From the NCBI GenBank assembly GCA_036274575.1, contig DASUFJ010000021.1, positions 8,347-72,346 of the forward strand: 64,000 nt of DNA, read 5' to 3'. The translations under genes and the position numbers were made by a program. Numbering within the stretch: position 1 is the stretch's first letter; every line of letters begins with the position of its first letter. This document shows positions 28,263 to 35,134 of the stretch, piece after piece. The notes under the pieces are model-generated. The model had not been told where the DNA came from, did no database searches, and saw only the letters and a list, made by a program, of their open reading frames with translations. Source of the DNA: Candidatus Limnocylindria bacterium. Lineage in GTDB: Bacteria > Chloroflexota > Limnocylindria > QHBO01.

Positions 28263-30141
28263 CGCCGAGCGCCTCCGCACCGCTGACGGTAGGCGGCACA
28301 TCGGGCTCAGCCTCCGGCGCGTCGGACGGCACGAGCGAGAGCGAGACGACGAACGTGCTGCCGCCGCCCGGCGTGGCCTCGACCCAGATGCGCCCGCCGT
28401 GCGCGTCCACGACGCGCCGGCAGATGTAGAGGCCCAGGCCGATGCCCGTGTCGGTGATGCTCTGGACGTTCGAGGCGCGGTAGAAGCGCTCGAAGATACG
28501 GTCGCGCTCCTCGTCCGGAACCCCCAGGCCGTGATCGACGACGGCCAGCCGGGCGTCACCGTCGACGACCTCGAGCTCGACGTCGGGGAGCACGTTGTCG
28601 GACGTGTACTTCATCGCGTTGTCGACGAGGTTGTGCAGCACCTGCGCGATGCGCGGCGCATCGATCCGGCTCGCGACCGGCTCGTCGGGAACCCGCGTGC
28701 GAATGTCGAGCCCGCGCTCGTGGAGGTCGTCGCGAACGTCCGTCACCACGTCGCGCAGGTCCGCCGGCACCGGGTCGATGGCGGCGACGCCCTGCTCCAG
28801 GCGCTGTGCGTCAAGCAGCTGCGTGACCAGCTCGCCCAGCCGCCGCGCCTCACGGGCAAGGCGGGCGATGCCGGCCGCGTCGACGGCCGCGTTCGGGTCG
28901 CGCTCGACACGTCGCTCGAGCAGCTCGGCCTGGCCCAGGACGACGGTCAGCGGCGTACGGAGGTCGTGGGCCGCCGCCGACAGGAATTCCTCCTTGAGGC
29001 GTGCCGCCTCCTCGCGCGCCGTGACCGCGTGCTCCACCTCGGCCAGGGCTCGCGACTCGAGAAGGACGCCGACCTGGTCGGCAAGGAGCTCGAGCAGCCA
29101 GAGGTCGTCCTCCACGAAGATCGAGGCGCGCTGTGCATAGATGCTGATCACGCCCAGCCGCCGGTCGTCGGCCGTGATGGGCGAGGAGATGACCGATTCC
29201 GCCTCCGAGCGCTGATAGACCTCGGCGTGCTCGGGGTCGGCCGCGCCGGCGTCGTGAACGAAGATGCGTCGCTGCTCGGTGAAGGCCCGCCCGGCGATGA
29301 ACGCGTCGTCCGGATGCTCGACCCAGCTTCCGTCGCGGGTCGCGTAGCGCAGGAGCCGGCGCTCGGGCACCGCGATCCCGATGCTGGCGCCACCCGCGCC
29401 GAAGGCCTCCGCCGCGGCGTTCTGCAGCTCGAGCACCATGCGCCGCTCGTCGGCCACCCAGGCGAGCTGCATCGACCGCTGGAGGAAGCGACGCAGCTCC
29501 GGCTCTCGCCAGGCGCGACGGATCCAGGCCGGCGGTGCGAAGCCCAGGAAGAACGAGACGACGGCTGCCAGGGCCAGGATCTGGCCCGCGATCGCCAGGT
29601 CGGGCGGCTCGACGAGGGCATCGATGAAGATGCTGACGATGGCGCCGATGAACAGCAGGGCGCCCATGAAGACCGCGGTCATCCGGCGCCGGGTGATCCC
29701 GCGCGCCTGCGTGGCGGCGATGCCGAAGGCATACGCGGCGTAGCCCCCGACACCCAGGAACCAGGCGATCGTGACGATCTCGTACAGCCGCTCGGCCGAC
29801 GCGATGCCCACGAACCCGAAGACGGCGACGGCCGCGAAGGCCACGTACGCCGCCACGAGCATGCCCCTTGGCGTCGGGCTGAAGTCGGCCACCAGCCGCA
29901 GCATCGCCAGCGGTGCGAGGTTGAGCAGCAGCAGGCTGATGCCGACGGTCCACGGCTCGCCGGCGATGTCGAGGCGGTCGGCGACCAGGCCGACGATGAC
30001 GATCGCGGCCACCGAGCCGAATAGGAGGACGATGTCCAGGCTCGTGCCCGACGGGTCCCGGAGGGCACGCCAAGCGACGGCCGCGAAGAGGCCGATGAAC
30101 AGGACCTGGTTCGCCAGGGCGATGAGCTCGAGTGCTGTCAT
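28255..30141 (-). CDS. sensor histidine kinase: about 7 TM helices, GAF-like domain, HisKA, HATPase_c
   Basis: Start MTALELIAL (ATG at 30141), followed by seven hydrophobic helices. A GAF-like segment ends in LLELLADQVGVLLESRALAE. H-box FLSAAAHDLRTPL. N/G boxes LHNLVDNAMKY, DHGLGVP and GIGLGLYIC. Confidence 0.88.
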   Translation of the reverse strand: MTALELIALANQVLFIGLFAAVAWRALRDPSGTSLDIVLLFGSVAAIVIVGLVADRLDIAGEPWTVGISLLLLNLAPLAMLRLVADFSPTPRGMLVAAYVAFAAVAVFGFVGIASAERLYEIVTIAWFLGVGGYAAYAFGIAATQARGITRRRMTAVFMGALLFIGAIVSIFIDALVEPPDLAIAGQILALAAVVSFFLGFAPPAWIRRAWREPELRRFLQRSMQLAWVADERRMVLELQNAAAEAFGAGGASIGIAVPERRLLRYATRDGSWVEHPDDAFIAGRAFTEQRRIFVHDAGAADPEHAEVYQRSEAESVISSPITADDRRLGVISIYAQRASIFVEDDLWLLELLADQVGVLLESRALAEVEHAVTAREEAARLKEEFLSAAAHDLRTPLTVVLGQAELLERRVERDPNAAVDAAGIARLAREARRLGELVTQLLDAQRLEQGVAAIDPVPADLRDVVTDVRDDLHERGLDIRTRVPDEPVASRIDAPRIAQVLHNLVDNAMKYTSDNVLPDVELEVVDGDARLAVVDHGLGVPDEERDRIFERFYRASNVQSITDTGIGLGLYICRRVVDAHGGRIWVEATPGGGSTFVVSLSLVPSDAPEAEPDVPPTVSGAEALGDA

Positions 30142-30205
30142 CCTGTCGCGGACGAGCGGTTGGCGCCCGATCCAGCACGCGGTGTGCCACTGAGCAAGCG
30201 GTTGG

Positions 30206-30775
30206 TCACGGCTCGGTGCCGCCGAGCGCCGCGTGCCGGAAGCAGCGCACCAGGTGGTCGTTGACGAGCCCGGCTGACTGCATGAAGGCGTAGCAGATCG
30301 TGGGGCCAACGAACCGGAAGCCCCGCTTCCGCAAGTCCTTCGACATGCGGGTCGATGCATCGGTCAGGTCCGGGACCTCGCCCATCTCGCGCCATCGGTT
30401 CTGGACCGTCCGTCCGTTCACGAAGGACCACAGGAAGCCATCGAAATCGTCGATCTCGGCCAGCGCGCGGGCGTTGTCGATGGTCGCGCCGATCTTCGCG
30501 CGGTTGCGCACGATGCCGGCGTCGGCCATCAGACGCGCGCGGTCCTCATCGGTGTAGGCCGCGACGCGCTCGGGATCGAAGCCGTCGAACGCCGCGCGGT
30601 AGCCGTCGCGCTTGCGGAGGACCGTGATCCACGCCAGGCCGGCCTGGGCTCCCTCCAGGCAGAGCAGCTCGAAGAGCGCGCGCCGATCGTGGATGGGGAC
30701 GCCCCACTCGTCGTCGTGATAGGCGCGGTACAGCGGGTCGCCCTCGGCCCAGTCGCAGCGGATCGGGTTGCTCAC
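30206..30775 (-). CDS. tag: DNA-3-methyladenine glycosylase I
   Basis: Motifs RCDWAEGDPLYRAYHDDEWGVP, FELLCLEGAQAGLAW and TICYAFMQSAGLVNDH. Confidence 0.92.
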   Translation of the reverse strand: MSNPIRCDWAEGDPLYRAYHDDEWGVPIHDRRALFELLCLEGAQAGLAWITVLRKRDGYRAAFDGFDPERVAAYTDEDRARLMADAGIVRNRAKIGATIDNARALAEIDDFDGFLWSFVNGRTVQNRWREMGEVPDLTDASTRMSKDLRKRGFRFVGPTICYAFMQSAGLVNDHLVRCFRHAALGGTEP

Positions 30776-32139
30776 AGCCGGAGCACCGCGCGCGCGACGA
30801 CGAAGTACACGACCAGGCCCGTCGCGTCGACCAGGGTCGTGATGAACGGCGCGCTGACGACCGCGGGATCGACCCCGACCCGACGCGCGACGAGCGGCAG
30901 CAGCGAGCCGACGAGCGCCGCGAGGGTGCAGACCGTGAGGAGCGTCACACTGACGACGATCGCGATCTCGCGCCCGACGAAGAGCCAGGTCGGCACGAAC
31001 GCCAGAAGGCCGAGCATGGTACCCAGGAGCAGCCCCACCCTCGCCTCCCGCAGCACGACGACGCCGAGGTCGTCGAAGCGCACTTCGCCTACGGCCAGGG
31101 CCCTGGTCACCGTGGTCGCCGCCTGCGCGCCGGTGTTGCCGCCGGTGCCGATGACGAGCGGGATGAACAGGGCGAGGGTTACGGCCTGGCTGAGCGTCTC
31201 CTCGAAGGCATGGAGGACGTTGACGGTCAGCGTGGCGGCCACAATGAGGACGAGCAGCCAGACAACCCGCGAGCGCGCGATGTGCATTACCGAGGTGGCG
31301 AGATAGGGCCTCCCCAACGGCTCCGCGCCGCCGGCGCGGGCGACGTCCTCCGTCTCCTCCTCCTCGAGGACCTCCATGGCGTCGTCGACGGTCACGACCC
31401 CGACGAGGCGGTCCTCCGAGTCGACAATCGGGAGCGCCAGCAGGTCCGCCTCGCGGATGAGGCGCGCGGCCTGCTCCTGGTCGGTGTCGACGCGGGCCGA
31501 GAAGACATCGATGTCCATGAGGTCGCCGACCAGGGCGTCGGGATCGGCGAGGACGAGATCGCGGAGGCCGAGCATGCCGAGCAAACGGCGCCGGTCGTCG
31601 GTCACCGGCAGCGCGTAGATCGTCTCCGCGGAGTGGCCGACCCGCCGCAGCCGCTCCAGGGCCTCGGTCGCGGTCATGCCGGCTCGCAGGCTGGCCACCT
31701 CCGGCGACATGAGGCGCCCCGCCGAGTCCTCGGGATACCCGAGGAGCGTCGCCGTCAGCCGGCGCTCGTTCGCCGACAGCCCGGCCAGCAGCCGATGCGC
31801 CACCTTGGCCGGCAGCTCCTCCGTGAGCCGGGCGCGGTCGTCGGGGTCCATCTCCTCGAAGAGCTGCCGGACGTTCGCCTCCCGCATCCCGTCGAGCAGC
31901 TCCTGCTGCAGCGACGGATCAAGGAGCTCGAAGACCTCGAGCGCCCGGTCGCGCGCCAGCAGGCGAAACGGCACCGCGCGGGCCTCGCGCGGCAGCCTCG
32001 ACAGCTCCTCGGCGATCCCGACCACATCCGCCTGTTCGAGCCAGCGACCGATGAGGTCGAGGTCGCCGCTCGTCAGGAGCTCATCCGGCTCGACGGTCGG
32101 GACCGCGTCCGGCGTGCCGGTGAGCGTGGGCCGCGTCAC
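30772..32139 (-). CDS. mgtE: magnesium transporter MgtE
   Basis: N-domain, tandem CBS region (ALPVTDDRRRLLGML, ALPIVDSEDRLVGVV) and C-terminal TM domain with GTGGNTGAQ. The start (GTG at 32139) is uncertain because no SD is visible. Confidence 0.9.
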   Translation of the reverse strand: MTRPTLTGTPDAVPTVEPDELLTSGDLDLIGRWLEQADVVGIAEELSRLPREARAVPFRLLARDRALEVFELLDPSLQQELLDGMREANVRQLFEEMDPDDRARLTEELPAKVAHRLLAGLSANERRLTATLLGYPEDSAGRLMSPEVASLRAGMTATEALERLRRVGHSAETIYALPVTDDRRRLLGMLGLRDLVLADPDALVGDLMDIDVFSARVDTDQEQAARLIREADLLALPIVDSEDRLVGVVTVDDAMEVLEEEETEDVARAGGAEPLGRPYLATSVMHIARSRVVWLLVLIVAATLTVNVLHAFEETLSQAVTLALFIPLVIGTGGNTGAQAATTVTRALAVGEVRFDDLGVVVLREARVGLLLGTMLGLLAFVPTWLFVGREIAIVVSVTLLTVCTLAALVGSLLPLVARRVGVDPAVVSAPFITTLVDATGLVVYFVVARAVLRL

Positions 32140-32163
32140 GCGCGGAGGATAGCCCGCAGATGA

Positions 32164-32192
32164 AGACGCCCGGGGCTCGGTCCCGGGCGTCT
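32164..32192. terminator. strong GC hairpin between the small ORFs and mgtE
   Basis: AGACGCCCGGG-gctcggt-CCCGGGCGTCT: an 11-bp perfect stem with a 7-nt loop. It lies 20 nt downstream of the sORF stop and 25 nt upstream of the annotated mgtE start. Confidence 0.5.
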
Positions 32193-32211
32193 GGGTCGTT
32201 TCGGCGGTCGA

Positions 32212-32388
32212 TCAGCTGGGTTGGTCCTGCATGCTGAAGCGCGGGAATCGGAGGATCGCGGTCCACGAGCCACGCGACTCACGGCGCGGCGCCGGCTCCG
32301 GCCGGTGTGTCCGTCGCCTCTGGGCGGCGGACCGCTCGCGATCCTGTTCCATTGCCCGCGCCACCATCAGCGCGGCATACGGGTTCAT
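32212..32388 (-). CDS. candidate small protein (58 aa), Arg/Pro-rich
   Basis: ATG at 32388-32386 is preceded by GGAGAA with 6-nt spacing. Translation: MNPYAALMVARAMEQDRERSAAQRRRTHRPEPAPRRESRGSWTAILRFPRFSMQDQPS. Starts 28 nt after the stop of the upstream sORF. Confidence 0.35.
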   Translation of the reverse strand: MNPYAALMVARAMEQDRERSAAQRRRTHRPEPAPRRESRGSWTAILRFPRFSMQDQPS

Positions 32389-32416
32389 CGGTCGTTCTCC
32401 ACGTGTCTCGGGTGGC

Positions 32417-32629
32417 TCAGTACGGGTACTGCCGGAGCCGGGGGAGCCACGGCTCAGCCGTGTCGCCGGCAAGCTCCGCGAGCGCCTGGCGGATTGAGCC
32501 GATGAGGCTCGGGCGCTGGCCCGCGTCCCCCTCGGCGCGCCGGTCCGGCCCCGTGGACCGATGCGGAGGCTGCGGGAAGAACGCGATCTCGACGGCGGCG
32601 CCGAAGGCTAGAGCGCCAGCTGCGAACAT
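32417..32629 (-). CDS. candidate small protein (70 aa) with hydrophobic N-terminus
   Basis: ATG at 32629-32627 is preceded by a perfect AAGGAGG (32644-32638) with 8-nt spacing. The N-terminus MFAAGALAFGAAVEIAFF is hydrophobic. Confidence 0.45.
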   Translation of the reverse strand: MFAAGALAFGAAVEIAFFPQPPHRSTGPDRRAEGDAGQRPSLIGSIRQALAELAGDTAEPWLPRLRQYPY

Positions 32630-32805
32630 CGTTCATGCCTCCTTGAAATGCTCAGTGCGGTGGATGACGGTGACATCGTCGCCATGGCCGCGTCCTTCGG
32701 CGACTGACACGGGTCGCGGGGGCGCGACCGATCTTCCGCCGACGGCGCCTACGTCATACGGCCGCCGCCTCGCAATTGCCCGCGCACCTATCCTGTGACG
32801 TGCCC

Positions 32806-34038
32806 ATGGAGACGGACGCCGCCCTGCGCGAGCTCACCTTCCTGTTTGCCGACGTCGAGGGCTCGACCCGCCTCGCGGAGCGTCACGGCGCGCTGGCCGG
32901 CGCCGCCCTGGCGCGCTATCACGATCTCGTGGCCGAGATCGCGGATCACCACGGTGGTCGCCTCTTCGAACGCATCGGTGACGGCGCGTACGCCAGCTTC
33001 GCCGATGCGGCCGCGGCGGTGGCGGCGGCGGACGAGCTCCAGATGGCCATCGCCGAGGAGGACTGGGGACCCATCGGCCGCATGCGGATCCGCATAGCCC
33101 TCGTGTCCGGCGAGGTGGAGGTCCGCGAGGACCGCTACTACGGCCGGCCCCTGTTCCGTGCCGCACGGCTCCAGGCGCTGGCCAGTGGCGGCGAGACGCT
33201 CGTCTCGGGCGTGACGATCGACCGCATGGGCGGCCGCGTGCCGGACGGTGCCGTCCTCCGCGACCTGGGACAGCAGCGGCTGCGCGACGTGCCCGACCCC
33301 GAGCGGGTGTTCGCGCTGGTGCATACTTCCCGCGCGCGCCCGGCCGAGGCGCCCGAGAGGGAGACGGATGATCAGCAGGGGACGGTGAGGGTGACTGAGG
33401 AAGAGGGTCCGATTCGAGTGCTCCTGGTCGACGACCACGCGGTCGTTCGGCGCGGGCTGCGCGGGTTCCTCGAGCTGCTCAAGGACTTCGACGTGGTCGG
33501 CGAGGCCGAGAACGGCCGCGAGGGCGTCGCCGCCGCCGACCGGCTCGTCCCCGACGTGGTCCTCATGGACCTGCTCATGCCCGAGATGGGCGGCCTCGAG
33601 GCCATCTCGGCGATCAAGTCCTCGCATCCGGAGATCGAGATCGTCGCCGTCACGTCGTTCATCGAGGAGGAGAAGGTCACCTCCGCCCTCGAGGCCGGCG
33701 CGTCCGGCTACCTCCTGAAGGACGCCGAGGCGGAGGAGGTGGCCCAGGCCATCCGGGCCGCCTACAACGGCGAGGTCCACCTGGACCCGGCGGTCTCACG
33801 CCTCCTCGCACAGCGCCTCCGCCAGCGGCGCGATGCGGAGCCGGTGGAGCCGCTCACCGGTCGCGAGAAGGAGGTCCTCGCCCAGCTCGCCAAGGGAGCC
33901 TCCAACAAGGAGATCGCCTACGAGCTCGGCATCACCGAGCGCACCGCCCGGACGCACGTCTCGAACATCCTGGGCAAGCTCGGCCTCGCGTCCCGGACGC
34001 AGGCCGCGCTCTACGCGGTCGAGCACAAGCTCGTCTGA
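32806..34038 (+). CDS. cyclase-homology domain fused to a NarL/LuxR-type response regulator (CHD-REC-HTH)
   Basis: Cyclase-like motifs FLFADVEGSTRL, GGRLFERIGDGAYASF and YYGRPLFRAARLQALASGGETLVS. REC: LLVDDH, VLMDLLMP, VTSF, LLKD. LuxR HTH: LTGREKEVLAQLAKGASNKEIAYELGITERTARTHVSNILGKLG. Alternative in-frame starts are TTG 32776 and GTG 32800. Confidence 0.88.
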   Translation: METDAALRELTFLFADVEGSTRLAERHGALAGAALARYHDLVAEIADHHGGRLFERIGDGAYASFADAAAAVAAADELQMAIAEEDWGPIGRMRIRIALVSGEVEVREDRYYGRPLFRAARLQALASGGETLVSGVTIDRMGGRVPDGAVLRDLGQQRLRDVPDPERVFALVHTSRARPAEAPERETDDQQGTVRVTEEEGPIRVLLVDDHAVVRRGLRGFLELLKDFDVVGEAENGREGVAAADRLVPDVVLMDLLMPEMGGLEAISAIKSSHPEIEIVAVTSFIEEEKVTSALEAGASGYLLKDAEAEEVAQAIRAAYNGEVHLDPAVSRLLAQRLRQRRDAEPVEPLTGREKEVLAQLAKGASNKEIAYELGITERTARTHVSNILGKLGLASRTQAALYAVEHKLV

Positions 34039-34080
34039 GCCCCGCGCTCATTGGCTCCGGTGGGGTTAGGTCGACGCGTC

Positions 34081-34349
34081 GCGCCCTGGAGTCGCATGAC
34101 GCTCGGCCCGGCGAGCATGTTTCGAGAAGCGACGCCTGGAGTTGTAAAACGCTCGCCTGCGGGAGCATTACGGGCGAAATGGCAGGCCGATGGGCCCACG
34201 CCACTCTCGCGCGCCTCGCCCTGCGGCCGATCTTCCCGCTAGTGCTCCGCCATGCGAGCATATTTCGAGAAGCGACACTTAGCGTTGAATAACGCTCCCC
34301 CGGCGAGCACATTTTCGAGAAGTCGCGCCCCGGAGTCGCATGACTCGCC
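34081..34349 (+). repeat. cluster of ~48-nt intergenic repeat units (three full units plus one half unit)
   Basis: Unit 1, 34110-34157: GGCGAGCATGTTTCGAGAAGCGACGCCTGGAGTTGTAAAACGCTCGCC. Unit 2, 34254-34300: GCGAGCATATTTCGAGAAGCGACACTTAGCGTTGAATAACGCTCCCC. Unit 3, 34302-34349: GGCGAGCACATTTTCGAGAAGTCGCGCCCCGGAGTCGCATGACTCGCC. Half unit 34081-34106 matches the 3' half of unit 3. Units carry terminal inverted repeats GGCGAG...CTCGCC. Confidence 0.7.
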
Positions 34350-34404
34350 GCCCGCGAGGACCGTCGACCGTAACCAGGCCCACAGCTCCGCACGGCACGA
34401 AGAG

Positions 34405-34432
34405 GCGCCCCGTCCCGGACCGGACGGGGCGC
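34405..34432 (-). terminator. GC-rich hairpin, likely terminator of the convergent genes
   Basis: GCGCCCCGTCC-cggacc-GGACGGGGCGC: an 11-bp perfect stem. On the minus strand it is followed by CTCTTCGT. Confidence 0.55.
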
Positions 34433-34444
34433 TGAGAGAACGAA

Positions 34445-34472
34445 GGAGTGGACCGAGGGACCGGCCCACTCC
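34445..34472 (-). terminator. second hairpin just after the stop of the membrane-protein gene
   Basis: GGAGTGG-(14 nt)-CCACTCC, located 15 nt downstream (minus strand) of the TAG at 34489-34487. Confidence 0.4.
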
Positions 34473-34486
34473 TCGATGGCCGTTGC

Positions 34487-34918
34487 CTAGGCGGTAGTGG
34501 GGCGCGACATCCCTGGGATGAACTCGGCGACCGAGTCAAGGGCTGCGCTGACGAAGGCCTTCGGGCTTCCGTAGACGCGGAGGATGTCAACGCCGACGAG
34601 GACGATCAGCGCGACCTCGATCCCTTTGGCGATCCAGCCGAGGGTGAAGTACGGGCCGATGACCAGGTAGCCGACGATGGTGGTGGCGGCGTAGCCCATC
34701 AGGGCGATCCGCGGAAACCAACTGAAGCGCTTGACGAGCGCCGTCGGAGCCAGGGCGCCGATCACGTAGAGGCCGGCGAGGCCGATGTAGCCGAGGCCGT
34801 TCAATGTGAAGAGCATGCCGCCGAGGCCGAGGTGGATGTACGCCGTGGCGCCGCTGAGGGCGACGATCGCGGCGGTGAGCATCACGCCGGCGGTTCGGCT
34901 GCGCATGAACTGGGGCAT
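34487..34918 (-). CDS. hypothetical membrane protein (4 TM helices)
   Basis: ATG at 34918-34916 preceded by GGGAGG. Translation begins MPQFMRSRTAGVMLTAAIVALSG. The longer ORF up to 35452 is Arg-rich and lacks support. Confidence 0.7.
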   Translation of the reverse strand: MPQFMRSRTAGVMLTAAIVALSGATAYIHLGLGGMLFTLNGLGYIGLAGLYVIGALAPTALVKRFSWFPRIALMGYAATTIVGYLVIGPYFTLGWIAKGIEVALIVLVGVDILRVYGSPKAFVSAALDSVAEFIPGMSRPTTA

Positions 34919-35134
34919 CTGGGACCTCCCGGTTGGATGGCTCGACGCCGGCGGCCGGCATCGGTTGATTTCGACCCCCTCAGTCTCCCGGTCCTCGACC
35001 GGTGTGCCATTCGGCAGACGGGCGACCTTCGAGGGCGACATACGCGGCAGGTTCGGTCGGTCAAATGACGTAGCCACGGCGGCCTGCCTGCCGATGGGGA
35101 GCCCGGAGCCCGATGGCGTATCCTTCCCGCGGCC

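Noticed and set aside
32140-32215. M-box (Mg2+) riboswitch upstream of mgtE, and a 25-codon plus-strand ORF (ATG 32160) behind a GGAGGA.
   Set aside because: Only about 70 nt are available, far too short for an M-box, and I see no M-box-like conserved core. The plus-strand mini-ORF lies entirely within the hairpin and is most simply a chance ORF.
34081-34349. Whether the intergenic repeats are a CRISPR array.
   Set aside because: Two units abut without a spacer and the others are irregularly spaced. The units are degenerate rather than near-identical. No cas genes are in the window, and a copy occurs singly at 50113.
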